64,000 bases of DNA from a virus. The notes under the pieces were generated by a model. That model made no database searches and was not told the DNA's origin. It saw only the letters and a program-made list of their open reading frames with translations. The first letter of the stretch is position 1; every line of letters begins with the position of its first letter. Positions 1 to 9,851 of the stretch are shown here, in pieces. The position numbers and the translations under genes were made by a program. Location: IMG/VR virus record IMGVR_UViG_3300046832_001910, positions 53,612 to 117,611 of that record. One strand, written 5' to 3'.

Positions 1-52
1 AGATGTTTACATTAATGAACTCAGATCCAGATATCTCTAAAAATCAATAAAC

Positions 53-280
53 ATGTTAATAGAACAAACCTCGATGACAGACTCATCAATGATTAAAAAA
101 GCAGTTTACAATTTTTCTGCTAGTACCTTAAAAATTGAATTTAACTCAGGTGCTGTTTATGAATATTCAAATGTTGATTCTCAAACATATGAAGAGTTTT
201 GTAAAGCAGAATCTCAAGGTAAATTCTTTAATGAAAAAATCAAAAACAATTATCAAAACTTTAAACTTTTATTAGACTAA
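53..280 (+). CDS. KTSC domain protein
   Basis: SSMIKKAVY..LKIEFNSGAVYEY..AESQGKFFN matches the KTSC pattern. Confidence 0.85.
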   Translation: MLIEQTSMTDSSMIKKAVYNFSASTLKIEFNSGAVYEYSNVDSQTYEEFCKAESQGKFFNEKIKNNYQNFKLLLD

Positions 281-282
281 TT

Positions 283-537
283 ATGGGACCTAGTAATGTA
301 ATGTATGATGCCCTTAAGGCACAATTTGAAGCACAGAAGCAAAAGGCTCTTGCTACTCTTACAATCTATTTAACCAACCCGGTTGGTATTGGGGAGCACC
401 CTCAACATATTGATGAAATGGTTACTATGACCAGATCTTTGGCTGAGGCAATTGATTGTATTGAAACTTTAGAAAAAACATTTGAAGTAAAAGCTCCTAA
501 GGTAAATGAAAACGAGGAAAATGAAAACTCTAACTGA
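283..537 (+). CDS. conserved phage hypothetical protein
   Basis: Operon ORF; NPVGIGEHP motif recalled from T4-like phage small proteins. Confidence 0.65.
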   Translation: MGPSNVMYDALKAQFEAQKQKALATLTIYLTNPVGIGEHPQHIDEMVTMTRSLAEAIDCIETLEKTFEVKAPKVNENEENENSN

Positions 538-748
538 AATCGTACAGAGACTACTTGATGAAGGCCATATCTCTGCCGAGGAAGCTGTAATCATTTTACA
601 AACAGAGGTAAATAAATCTTACCCAGTTTATATTCCAGCACCTATGCCTTCATTACCTTATAGCCCACCATTTAAGCCTGGTGATATTTGGTATACTTCA
701 TCAACAAACTTTCCAATAGCAGGTTCAAAAGATAACACAAATGAATAA
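521..748 (+). CDS. hypothetical protein
   Basis: In-frame ATG 521; overlaps both neighbours. Confidence 0.6.
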   Translation: MKTLTEIVQRLLDEGHISAEEAVIILQTEVNKSYPVYIPAPMPSLPYSPPFKPGDIWYTSSTNFPIAGSKDNTNE

Positions 749-1220
749 AGTAATCCTAGTAGGAAAGGCTGCGGCTGGAAAAGATCATATGAGAAAAGTA
801 ATGGAAGGCCGTGGATTTATCTACGGCACTTCTTATACTACACGTCCTCCAAGAGAAGGTGAAATTGATGGCCAGGATTATTACTTTATGACCAAAGAGC
901 AATTTGAAGAAGGTATAGAGAATAACTTTTGGTATGAGTGGGTTGAATTTAATGGTTGGTATTATGGAACTAGTCATAAGCAGTTCAAAGAACAGTGTAA
1001 CCTATTCATAATGACTCCTATTGGAATCTCTCACATCAATCCAATTGATCGTAAAGAGTGTACTATCATTTATCTTAATATGCCAACTGAGGTAAGAAGA
1101 CAAAGACTACAGAATCGTAATATGCCAGGTGATACTTTAGAACGTAGAATCGAGGCTGATGAAAAAGACTTTGCAAACTTTACCGATTTTGATATTGAGA
1201 TAAACAATCATAATTTCTAA
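741..1220 (+). CDS. gmk: guanylate kinase-like NMP kinase
   Basis: P-loop GKAAAGKD; TTRPPREGEIDGQDYYF; YYGT. Confidence 0.85.
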   Translation: MNKVILVGKAAAGKDHMRKVMEGRGFIYGTSYTTRPPREGEIDGQDYYFMTKEQFEEGIENNFWYEWVEFNGWYYGTSHKQFKEQCNLFIMTPIGISHINPIDRKECTIIYLNMPTEVRRQRLQNRNMPGDTLERRIEADEKDFANFTDFDIEINNHNF

Positions 1221-1227
1221 CATATAA
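1202..1227 (+). promoter_or_regulatory. class II (AAAC-N17-TATAA) promoter
   Basis: AAAC 1202-1205, TATAA 1223-1227; same spacing at 7 other sites. Confidence 0.6.
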
Positions 1228-1234
1228 AAATAAA

Positions 1235-1834
1235 ATGAGTAAATTCATTATCATTGAAGGTACCGATAATACCGGTAAAGATACACAGCAAAATCTTATT
1301 ATAAAGAATCTTAAAGATACAGTATTTCATAAAGTACATTATTCATCTTTACCTTTTAAAGATGATACTGAAATGCATACTAAGTATTCACATAAGATGT
1401 ATAATGATATGTTTAAGATGATGGTTTTGGCAAAGGACCAAGACATTAACATTATCTTTAATCGTTCTCATTTAGGTGAAAGCATTTACTCTCCACTCTA
1501 TCGAGGTTACTCTGGCGATTATGTATTTGATATTGAAAAACAATATGTAAATACATTAAGAGAAAATCTCTATCTTATTACTCTTACAAATGATCCTCAT
1601 ACCATTTGGAGTAGAGATGATGGAAAATCATTTTACAAAAATGAAGAAGGTATTAAAGCCGAGGTTGATGGTTTTGTTCGTGCTCATCGCCTAAGTAAGA
1701 TTAAGAACAAACTTCTTCTTAATGTTGGTACAATGAGTGCCGATGAAGTATCTAAAATCATTATAGATTTTCTATCACATGAAAATACTATAACGGGAGA
1801 TCCAAAACAATTAGCAATGTTTGATCATGAGTAA
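1235..1834 (+). CDS. thymidylate kinase-like dNMP kinase
   Basis: IIEGTDNTGKDT P-loop; FNRSHLGESIY. Confidence 0.8.
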   Translation: MSKFIIIEGTDNTGKDTQQNLIIKNLKDTVFHKVHYSSLPFKDDTEMHTKYSHKMYNDMFKMMVLAKDQDINIIFNRSHLGESIYSPLYRGYSGDYVFDIEKQYVNTLRENLYLITLTNDPHTIWSRDDGKSFYKNEEGIKAEVDGFVRAHRLSKIKNKLLLNVGTMSADEVSKIIIDFLSHENTITGDPKQLAMFDHE

Positions 1835-2015
1835 ATGGAGGGAAGAACGTATGTATGAAATAATGCATCATCTATGGGATAATCCAAAGTTGATGGAATT
1901 GTATGAACTTGAAATGAAAAAGGCTCATGCAGAAAAATATGTAGAAGAGTTCTTTCCAAAAATGGAAAAATGTTACGAAAAAGCTTTAAAAGAATATGAG
2001 AATTTACAAGGGTGA
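1827..2015 (+). CDS. hypothetical protein
   Basis: Short ORF overlapping both neighbours. Confidence 0.55.
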   Translation: MSKWREERMYEIMHHLWDNPKLMELYELEMKKAHAEKYVEEFFPKMEKCYEKALKEYENLQG

Positions 2016-2877
2016 AACGTTTGCTGACGTTTATCAAACAGCACTTAATGATGTACTTAATTACCCAGAGTATGTAACCTCCCCAAGAGGTATGAAAATT
2101 TTTGAGGTAACTAATGCTGCACTTGTTATTGAAGATCCAACATTCCCTCTTTATGAAAATAAAAGAAGAAGTAGTCAATTCAAATACATAGGTGCAGAAT
2201 TAGTTTGGTATTTTACAGGCCGTAGAGATACTGCTTTCATTTCTAAATTTGCAAAATTCTGGGAACAGATTGATAACGGAAATGGTACCGTAAATTCTGC
2301 TTATGGCAGTCTTATCTTTGCTGATAAAAATATTCATAATATTAATCAATACCAATGGGCATTACAGTCCTTAATTGAAGATAAAGATTCTCGTCAAGCA
2401 ATTATACATTTTAATACTCCTAATCATCAATGGAAAGGTAATAAAGATTTTGTTTGTACTTTAACTGGTGTTTTTCAGATCCGTGATAATCAATTAAACT
2501 TTACCATTGATATGAGATCAAATGATCTTATACTTGGTACTCCAACTGATGTTGCATTCTTCTGTCTTTTACAACAGCAAATGTATCATCATCTTAAGAA
2601 ACACTATCCTGAATTGGAAATGGGTACATATACTCATATTGTACATTCACTTCATATTTATGAAAGACATTTCTCGCTAATTCATGAAATGCTTCAACAG
2701 TCTTTTGATCCAATCAGTTTTCCTGAAATTAGAGAGTTTCTGATTGATCCTAACGGTAATCCATTAGATGGCATTAAAGAAATTGAAAATGAAATTGAAT
2801 CAGGTGCCCAAGAAATTCGTGTAAAAGATGACCCTTTACATAATTGGATATCCGATGCGATTTTTATGGATATATAA
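1996..2877 (+). CDS. thymidylate-synthase-family protein, dCMP hydroxymethylase-like
   Basis: DSRQA, DFVCT, MRSND, GTPTD (Asp where ThyA has Asn), SLHIYERHF; resembles T4 gp42. Confidence 0.75.
   Translation: MRIYKGETFADVYQTALNDVLNYPEYVTSPRGMKIFEVTNAALVIEDPTFPLYENKRRSSQFKYIGAELVWYFTGRRDTAFISKFAKFWEQIDNGNGTVNSAYGSLIFADKNIHNINQYQWALQSLIEDKDSRQAIIHFNTPNHQWKGNKDFVCTLTGVFQIRDNQLNFTIDMRSNDLILGTPTDVAFFCLLQQQMYHHLKKHYPELEMGTYTHIVHSLHIYERHFSLIHEMLQQSFDPISFPEIREFLIDPNGNPLDGIKEIENEIESGAQEIRVKDDPLHNWISDAIFMDI
2869..2877 (+). promoter_or_regulatory. class III (late-type) ATA(A/T)ATA box
   Basis: GATATATAA before a leader-bearing gene; similar boxes at 6289, 11603, 21142, 37384, 43838, 49613, 57124, 58364; cf. 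T4 late TATAAATA. Confidence 0.45.
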
Positions 2878-2895
2878 AAAAATAGCCATAGCTCA

Positions 2896-3846
2896 ATGAA
2901 ACACATCAAACTCTTTGAAGAATTTATTAATGAAGCAGTAGAAGATAGCGGTCTAAAGAAAGTCTATCTCGCTACTCGTCGTGATAGCGGACAAAGATGG
3001 TGGTCATATAAAGGATTTGCTGGTGATAAATTCTTTATCCAAGTAACTGAAAATAATATTGATAAGTTGGATATTAATCCTGACTATCCTGTATTAAATT
3101 ATCATAGTACTATTGTTGATGAACTACTAAAGAAAGGAAAGATTAAAGAAGAAAATATCTATAATCATCCAAAGTACATTCCACTATCCGGTTCAAAGAA
3201 AGAGTTTCATAAACTTGTAGGTGAAGATGAAAATGTTCCTAAAACGGTTTACTCAAAGAATGAGGCATTAGAAAAGTTAAACTTTCCTATTATTGCAAAA
3301 CCTGCAAACGGTCACAGCGGAATAGGAATCCAGGTAATTAAGAAACCTGAATTGATGGAAGATATTGATGAGAAAGTATTTGATACTTTTTCTGAATATG
3401 TTGATAAGGTTGAGGAAATGAGATTCTTTAACTTTAAAGGTCAACCTATCTTTTGGATGGAAAGAACACCTGCAAACAGTAAAGCTAAGTCTGGTGATGG
3501 TAAGACTGATGAAGAGATGGAATTTAATTATGCAAAAAGAAACGTAGATAAAGTTCCTGCTGATTATAAGAAGGTCTTAGAAAAGTACTGTAAGATTTTT
3601 GAAAAGTTTCCTTACATCTGTTTTGATATGATGAAGGATAAAAATGGTAAGATCTTTGTAATTGAATCAAATGCCCAACCTGGCGTACCTTTTGATAGTA
3701 CGGTTCAAATTTACAAAAAGATATATGAAGATTTCTATGGCAAACCGCTAGACGAAAAATCTCTTCAAAAACTGGATGAATACTCCAAGGAAATGGTTGA
3801 AAGAACGCTAAAACGTGATAGTGGAAGATTTTCAATAAAAAATTGA
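2896..3846 (+). CDS. ATP-grasp (RimK-like) ligase with capsid-targeting-like leader
   Basis: VPKT, FPIIAKPANGHSGIGI, ICFD, VIESNAQPG; N-terminus MKHIKLFEEFINE. Confidence 0.75.
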   Translation: MKHIKLFEEFINEAVEDSGLKKVYLATRRDSGQRWWSYKGFAGDKFFIQVTENNIDKLDINPDYPVLNYHSTIVDELLKKGKIKEENIYNHPKYIPLSGSKKEFHKLVGEDENVPKTVYSKNEALEKLNFPIIAKPANGHSGIGIQVIKKPELMEDIDEKVFDTFSEYVDKVEEMRFFNFKGQPIFWMERTPANSKAKSGDGKTDEEMEFNYAKRNVDKVPADYKKVLEKYCKIFEKFPYICFDMMKDKNGKIFVIESNAQPGVPFDSTVQIYKKIYEDFYGKPLDEKSLQKLDEYSKEMVERTLKRDSGRFSIKN

Positions 3847-3897
3847 AAAAAGTCTACAAAAAATTTTCAATTCTCGTTTTTTTGTTTTATATTTGTA
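3845..3897 (+). promoter_or_regulatory. class I (host-RNAP type) promoter, partial copy of the early repeat
   Basis: GAAAAAAGT..AAAAATTTTCAA..TTTG..TATATTTG; TATATTTG fits the Bacteroidota -7 consensus TAnnTTTG. Confidence 0.6.
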
Positions 3898-3933
3898 CTG
3901 ATGGTATATTAATACTATCTTAAATCAAATAAT

Positions 3934-4476
3934 ATGTCTGAGGAACTGAACAAAATTTCTGACTTTTATATTACATCTGATACGTGGTTTGGTCGACCAC
4001 AAATACTTGAGATAGCAAAGAGAACACAGTTTGCAACGGTTGAAGAAATGAATGATCAACTCGTTAAGAACTGGAATAAGGTTGTTAAATCATCTGACTT
4101 GGTTTTTCATTTAGGTAATTTTGCATGGGATCCTCTTACTGCAAGAACTATACTTAAAAAACTAAAAGGAAAAATCTTTTTTCTTATTGGTAATGCTGAT
4201 GAAGCCTTATTGGAAGTAGCTGAGGAGTTTGAAAATGTAGTAATTCTTGATCATCAAATCGTTGAATTACCTCAATTTGATTCTGTTCTTTGTCATTACC
4301 CTTTAGAGGTATGGAACGGAAAATCTTCAGGAACAATTCATTTTCATGGACATACTGTTTTTTCTCATAAAACCGACTTAAGAGTTTCCAATCGTATTAA
4401 CACGTGCGTAGACTTTTGGTCATATTCACCAATTAAATTTTCGGCAATTAAAGAATTCGTAAATGGCAAAATCTAA
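3934..4476 (+). CDS. calcineurin-like metallophosphoesterase fold, degenerate active site
   Basis: SDTWFG / HLGNF / GNAD / HGHTV in place of SDTHFG / HLGDF / GNHD / HGHxH. Confidence 0.75.
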   Translation: MSEELNKISDFYITSDTWFGRPQILEIAKRTQFATVEEMNDQLVKNWNKVVKSSDLVFHLGNFAWDPLTARTILKKLKGKIFFLIGNADEALLEVAEEFENVVILDHQIVELPQFDSVLCHYPLEVWNGKSSGTIHFHGHTVFSHKTDLRVSNRINTCVDFWSYSPIKFSAIKEFVNGKI

Positions 4477-5089
4477 AACTTACAAAGAACTGGCAATTGA
4501 GTTTAAGAAAACTCGCTCTGAAAGAATCTATAATGAACTTTACAAAAAAATGAGACCAGGTTTATGGTCCTATGTAAATAACATTGTTAGAGATCCGGCC
4601 GTGGCTGATGACATTGTATCAACCACATTAACAAATGTTTATCTTAAGATTGATCAATATGATGAGTCTTACCAGATAACTACATGGGCATATCGTATTG
4701 CCTATAATGAATGTATCGGATGGATTAGATTCCGAAACAAAAAGATAAGCATCAATGTATTTACTGATGCTGGTGTTGAACCACCAACTAAAGATGGATT
4801 CCTTGATCCAGAAACCCATGTTAAAACAGATGAAGACTTCTGGGAGGAAGAGGATATTCTTACAGAGCAGGTAAGAGTAACTAAAGAGGCAATAAATGCA
4901 CTGCCTCCAATGTATAAGAGATACATGGTTGAAAGATTCTTAAATCATAAATCATATAATGATATCCTTGATATCATGGCAGAATATGAAAAGGATATCA
5001 ATCTGCAGACAGTAAAGAATCGTATTTTCCGTGGCAGAAAAATCGTCCAAAGGCAATTAGAGAAAATGAAACTCTTCTCTGAAGCATAA
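4463..5089 (+). CDS. ECF-type sigma-70 family sigma factor
   Basis: Region 2 (ADDIVS..TWAYRIAYNECI) and region 4 (LPPMYK..SYNDI..TVKNRIFRGR). Confidence 0.85.
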   Translation: MAKSKTYKELAIEFKKTRSERIYNELYKKMRPGLWSYVNNIVRDPAVADDIVSTTLTNVYLKIDQYDESYQITTWAYRIAYNECIGWIRFRNKKISINVFTDAGVEPPTKDGFLDPETHVKTDEDFWEEEDILTEQVRVTKEAINALPPMYKRYMVERFLNHKSYNDILDIMAEYEKDINLQTVKNRIFRGRKIVQRQLEKMKLFSEA

Positions 5090-5108
5090 ATAGATAAAAA
5101 AAAGAATT

Positions 5109-5549
5109 ATGTATATCTTTAAACTTTTTAATGAACTAAACATTTGGAGGAAGGTTAGAGCCATTGCGTTAGAGAATGAGCAGGCTTTAAATGAATCTGG
5201 GTTTAGAGTTGATTGGATTGGCAGAATTTACACTGTCATCAATCTACCTGAAGAAGTAATTAATCAGCCTATCTCACGTGAAGGATATGTATTAATGAAA
5301 CTTCGTGAATATGATAGCCTGTTTCTTAATATGGGTATTGCTGATGCAATTGCCCCAGAGCTTATGGAAATAGAAGGTGCTGAAGCATATCTTTTAGTCC
5401 TATCACCAGATAGAGACTATCTTAAGTTTTGGCCTTTCACAGTTTCCATGATAAAAACTGTAGGTCTATTCTTTGCATTAAGACTTGTCTATCTTTTAAT
5501 TACACACTATTGGTCATCTATCAGTTCTGCTTGGAACTGGATATTCTAA
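5109..5549 (+). CDS. hypothetical protein with C-terminal TM helix
   Basis: Hydrophobic C-terminus. Confidence 0.6.
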   Translation: MYIFKLFNELNIWRKVRAIALENEQALNESGFRVDWIGRIYTVINLPEEVINQPISREGYVLMKLREYDSLFLNMGIADAIAPELMEIEGAEAYLLVLSPDRDYLKFWPFTVSMIKTVGLFFALRLVYLLITHYWSSISSAWNWIF

Positions 5550-5553
5550 AGCA

Positions 5554-6297
5554 ATGTCAACACAACAATCACTATCACAAACGGAAACAATTAATGGCAA
5601 ACGATATTATGTTATAGGAGAACATAAGTATCCTTCTGTTACAACAGTTTTAGGTTCAATGACCGATTCTTCCGGTTTAGATAAGTGGAGAAAAAAGATT
5701 GGTGAAGAAGAGGCTGATCGCATTTCAAAATTTTCTGCAAATCGTGGTACCATCATGCATCAAATGATTGAGTACTTTTTAGGATCAACTAAAGAAACAC
5801 AAAAGGAAAGATTAAAAGAAGCCCAGGAAAGGATTATTGAATTTGTTAAAGCTGAGGGTTTTACTGCCGAGGAATTAGAAGTTGGCCGCAAACTTTTTTA
5901 TAGTTTTTATAATAATGATCTCTTTAGTAAGATAACTAAGGTTATAAGTATCGAGGAGACGCTCTACTCCCACCAGATGGGAGGGTATGCAGGTAGAGTA
6001 GATAATATTTATGAGAATATTTTATCCCATCTACTCATCTTAGATTTTAAGACTTCTAGAAAACAGAAAAAGAAAGAGTGGATTGAAAACTACTTTATGC
6101 AAATTTCTGCATACTTTCTAGCTTACTGGGAAATGACCGGTAAAAAACCACATGGTGGTGAAATCTGGATTGCTGTGGAAAACGATCTTCCACAGGTTTT
6201 TGAAGTTACATGGGAAGATATCCAAGATTATGGTAAGAAATTCTTATCCCTAGTGAAAGAGTACCATAAACTCAATCCATTACCTCAGAATATATAA
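5554..6297 (+). CDS. PD-(D/E)XK exonuclease (Cas4/RecB-like)
   Basis: YPSVTTVL, RGTIMH, AGRVD, LDFKTS, QISAY. Confidence 0.85.
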   Translation: MSTQQSLSQTETINGKRYYVIGEHKYPSVTTVLGSMTDSSGLDKWRKKIGEEEADRISKFSANRGTIMHQMIEYFLGSTKETQKERLKEAQERIIEFVKAEGFTAEELEVGRKLFYSFYNNDLFSKITKVISIEETLYSHQMGGYAGRVDNIYENILSHLLILDFKTSRKQKKKEWIENYFMQISAYFLAYWEMTGKKPHGGEIWIAVENDLPQVFEVTWEDIQDYGKKFLSLVKEYHKLNPLPQNI

Positions 6298-6313
6298 AAA
6301 AACAAAATAATGA

Positions 6314-6619
6314 ATGAAACACATTCAGACATTCGAGACTTTTTTTACTAGAACTCTATCTGAGGAATTAGACCAAACACGTCATAAAGCGGCTAAACAT
6401 ATCGAGGATATAGAAACCGAAAACGAATCAGATAAAAAGGCTGAAAAGGATGTAGAGGAATACTTAGACGATAAGTCAGAGTATTGTCCTAGATGTGGCG
6501 AGCATAATGATGATTGTAAATGCCAATCAGAAGATCCTTGGTCAACACAAAATTACCACAGAGTTCCTGTAGGTAAGAAGGAAAAGAGTAAAGCAAAACA
6601 AGACTTCAAAACAAAATAA
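6314..6619 (+). CDS. putative internal head protein with Cys cluster
   Basis: Leader MKHIQTFETF; CPRC..CKC. Confidence 0.6.
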   Translation: MKHIQTFETFFTRTLSEELDQTRHKAAKHIEDIETENESDKKAEKDVEEYLDDKSEYCPRCGEHNDDCKCQSEDPWSTQNYHRVPVGKKEKSKAKQDFKTK

Positions 6620-6623
6620 AGAT

Positions 6624-6911
6624 ATGGAAAAGATTAACTTATTTTTTGCAAAGCACGGATCAAAGGTTATCACTGTACTTTTGATTCTTTTATACTTTAA
6701 GTCATGTAGCGTTGATAGCGAATTAGAGAGACTTAAAAAAGAAGCTAAAGCAAATACTGAAACTATCAGTAAACTTCCTACTGCGGCCGATGTTAAAATT
6801 GAAGGCCTAAATGCAGAGAAGAGAATGATCCAAGCAACGGATCGTAAGATGTTGGATGTACAACGTCAAAATGAGATTGAAAAAGAGATCTCAAAATTAC
6901 AAGGTAAATAA
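6624..6911 (+). CDS. membrane-anchored coiled-coil protein
   Basis: N-terminal TM, then helical coiled coil. Confidence 0.6.
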   Translation: MEKINLFFAKHGSKVITVLLILLYFKSCSVDSELERLKKEAKANTETISKLPTAADVKIEGLNAEKRMIQATDRKMLDVQRQNEIEKEISKLQGK

Positions 6912-9130
6912 TGGCAAATATCATACCAGGTGTACCAACCCCAGGAGATCCCACATGTGCATTAACCGTTTGCGGTAGAATTATTGCACAAGTAGACTGC
7001 ATTAAGTATATAATGCAAGGTACATCTGCATGTATTGATATTCAACTTTTTGGTGCTGATGGAACTCCTCTTGACTTAGATCAATTTTGCGAAATGCAAA
7101 TCCAATTAACAAGTGAATTGGAATGTGTTATAGCAAATTTTTGGTATCCTAGTGTTCCTACTGGATCAAAGGGGTTTGATATTGAAATTCTTCAATACAC
7201 AACTACAAATGGTCATATAGTAAATAAAGGTCTTCTTAGAATATGTTTATCTACTAACTGTACTCTTACTACAACAGGTGCTGTTTTTGCAGAGATTATT
7301 CTTAAAGAATGTTTACTAACTGGACAACAGCAGATTTTAACAGGTGTTCCAACCCCAACAGGTTTACCTGAACCATCAGGGGATACTTTTGGCATTCCTT
7401 GTCTTCAAGTTGCAAGCATACTTAATTCAAAGATAGCAAAAAACGGTGGAGCCGGTGGATGCTTTCCAGGATATATTCCACCTCAACCTGGATCGAGTGG
7501 AATAGGATTTGCAATCGGATCAACAGGTTCAACAGGAGTGCATGGATCAACTGGACCACAGGGTGAACCTGGTCTGACAGGATCAACAGGTCTTGGTGCA
7601 ACCGGATCAACAGGTTCAACAGGAGTGCATGGATCAACTGGACCACAGGGTGAACCTGGTCTGACAGGATCAACAGGTCTTGGCGCAACCGGATCAACAG
7701 GTTCAACTGGTCCTCAAGGTGATCAAGGATTTATTGGTTCAACTGGTCCACAGGGTGCCGGTGGTTCATTAGGTTATTGGGGAAGTTTTTGGAGTACCCA
7801 GACCCAGATTGGCGGTGGTGTTGGTGTGGCTAATGTAATGACATTCAACAATACTGATCCTGATTCAAACGGTGTTTCTATTCAAAATAATACTGAACTT
7901 ACCTTTGCATATGACGGTGTTTATAACATACAATTTTCAGCACAACTTGACAGAATAGTTAGTCCTGCAACGGCAGATGAATTAGATATTTGGTTTGCTA
8001 AAAACGGTGTTGCCATACCAGATTCAAATACAACCGTAGTTGTTGCTGGTCTTACTGTTGCAGCAAAAGAAGTTGCAGCATGGAATTTCCAATTGAAAGT
8101 TAATGCTGGGGATTATATTGAACTCTATTGGTCATGTCCTAATGCTAGTGTTGAATTGGTTTATGTTCCTACTGATATAAATCCTATAAGACCTGCTGTG
8201 CCTTCGGTAATTCTTACTGCTCAACAGGTAATGTATACCCAAATGGGTGGAACTGGTGCAACCGGTCCACAAGGAGACATTGGAGCAACTGGTTCACAAG
8301 GTCCACAAGGATTTATTGGTTCAACTGGTCCACAAGGATTTGACGGTGCAACCGGTCCACAAGGTCCACAAGGAGACATTGGAGCAACTGGTCCACAAGG
8401 TTCACAAGGTCCACAAGGATTTATTGGTTCAACTGGTCCACAAGGTTCACAAGGTCCACAAGGATTTGACGGAGCAACTGGTCCACAAGGATTTGACGGT
8501 GCAACTGGTCCACAAGGATTTGACGGTGCAACCGGTCCGCAAGGATTTGACGGTGCAACCGGTCCGCAAGGTCCACAAGGATTTGACGGAGCAACTGGTC
8601 CACAAGGTTTTAATGGTTCAACTGGAAGTGTAGGGGCCACTGGAATTGGTGCAGTTGGTGCAACAGGTGCTCAAGGTAACATAGGTGCAACTGGATCAAC
8701 CGGGGCACAGGGTCCTATTGCTTCACTTTATTTACTTGAAGCGGTAACCGCGTCCATTTATTATACCTTACCGGGATCATTTACTGAAGATCCTTGTAGA
8801 TATAGCATCGTGAGTAATACAGTTAACGTATCAAGCGGATGGTTTAACACTTCAACTTATACATTTACTCCGCAGAAGGCAGGCTACTGGGAAATCACTG
8901 CAGCGTATGATGTGTATAGAAATTCTGAATCAAGTATGGCAATTAAGAAAAACGGTGGAATTATTGCATCAGCCGGATCATTTAATGCAGTAGCTCAGCA
9001 GATAACAAAGATCGTGTATCTAAACGGTTCAACTGATTCTATAAACATTATAAATGTTGGAGGATTAGCTGAATCAAGGCCGCAATATGCAGAAAGGTCT
9101 TGGTTCCAGGCAAGATGGATAGGAGAATAA
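6911..9130 (+). CDS. collagen-like fibre protein
   Basis: Two long Gly-X-Y tracts separated and ended by beta-rich C1q-like domains; Cys-rich N-domain. Confidence 0.85.
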   Translation: MANIIPGVPTPGDPTCALTVCGRIIAQVDCIKYIMQGTSACIDIQLFGADGTPLDLDQFCEMQIQLTSELECVIANFWYPSVPTGSKGFDIEILQYTTTNGHIVNKGLLRICLSTNCTLTTTGAVFAEIILKECLLTGQQQILTGVPTPTGLPEPSGDTFGIPCLQVASILNSKIAKNGGAGGCFPGYIPPQPGSSGIGFAIGSTGSTGVHGSTGPQGEPGLTGSTGLGATGSTGSTGVHGSTGPQGEPGLTGSTGLGATGSTGSTGPQGDQGFIGSTGPQGAGGSLGYWGSFWSTQTQIGGGVGVANVMTFNNTDPDSNGVSIQNNTELTFAYDGVYNIQFSAQLDRIVSPATADELDIWFAKNGVAIPDSNTTVVVAGLTVAAKEVAAWNFQLKVNAGDYIELYWSCPNASVELVYVPTDINPIRPAVPSVILTAQQVMYTQMGGTGATGPQGDIGATGSQGPQGFIGSTGPQGFDGATGPQGPQGDIGATGPQGSQGPQGFIGSTGPQGSQGPQGFDGATGPQGFDGATGPQGFDGATGPQGFDGATGPQGPQGFDGATGPQGFNGSTGSVGATGIGAVGATGAQGNIGATGSTGAQGPIASLYLLEAVTASIYYTLPGSFTEDPCRYSIVSNTVNVSSGWFNTSTYTFTPQKAGYWEITAAYDVYRNSESSMAIKKNGGIIASAGSFNAVAQQITKIVYLNGSTDSINIINVGGLAESRPQYAERSWFQARWIGE
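7517..7690 (+). repeat. 87-bp tandem duplication in collagen tract 1
   Basis: Copies at 7517 and 7604 encode [29 protein letters not shown]; one synonymous difference. Confidence 0.9.
8246..8712 (+). repeat. collagen tract 2 minisatellite (9/27-bp units)
   Basis: Repeated ggtccacaa/ggatttgac/ggtgcaac(c/t) = GPQ-GFD-GAT. Confidence 0.9.
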
Positions 9131-9158
9131 TATAATTACATAATAAATAAACTAAGTT

Positions 9159-9812
9159 ATGAAAAATAAATTAATTCATTATTTTATCATAGGTATCTTC
9201 TGTAGCCTCTATTTTCTAGTTGCTACAATTTCTATGATTAACTCTGTTGCATTTTTTGACCTTGCTCATAATGGTGTTATGAACTGGGCTTTAGCAATTG
9301 GATTTGAATTAGGAGCAGCCGCATCTCTTGCTGCGATTATTATCCTAGATAAAACTAATAAAACAATGGTATGGACATTGTTCATACTTCTTACTGCCTT
9401 TCAAATGATGGCAAACTCATTTCATGCATTTATAAATCTTGAAAACTATATGCCTTGGATAGAACTGTTTGGTCTTGAAGAGGAAGAACCGATATTTCAA
9501 AAGAGAGTACTCTCAATCGTAAGTGGAGCCGTATTACCTATCGTGGCTCTAGGATTCATTAAGTCATTGGTTGATTATATTAGACCGGAAAATGCTCAGG
9601 CAGAACCTCAAATAACAGAGGCACCTGAAATAAAGCCAGAAGAAACTCCCATAGTGACGGAGAATAAAGTGGAAACTTCATCTGCAATTGGCGAATCTAA
9701 AGTAGGACATGTTACAATAACACCTGATGTAACTGAACCTAAACAAACAGCAGAGCAGATTAAAGTTTCACAAGCTACCAGTCCTGGGAAGAGGTATGTT
9801 TACAAGCCCTAA
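9159..9812 (+). CDS. 4-TM membrane protein with acidic tail
   Basis: Four hydrophobic segments. Confidence 0.65.
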   Translation: MKNKLIHYFIIGIFCSLYFLVATISMINSVAFFDLAHNGVMNWALAIGFELGAAASLAAIIILDKTNKTMVWTLFILLTAFQMMANSFHAFINLENYMPWIELFGLEEEEPIFQKRVLSIVSGAVLPIVALGFIKSLVDYIRPENAQAEPQITEAPEIKPEETPIVTENKVETSSAIGESKVGHVTITPDVTEPKQTAEQIKVSQATSPGKRYVYKP

Positions 9813-9851
9813 TAGTAAACTTTGTCAACCAACTTAAATAACGATAAAAAT

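Noticed and set aside
8221-8640. Cys/Pro-rich minus-strand and alternate-frame repeat ORFs
   Set aside because: Shadows of the collagen Gly-X-Y codons.
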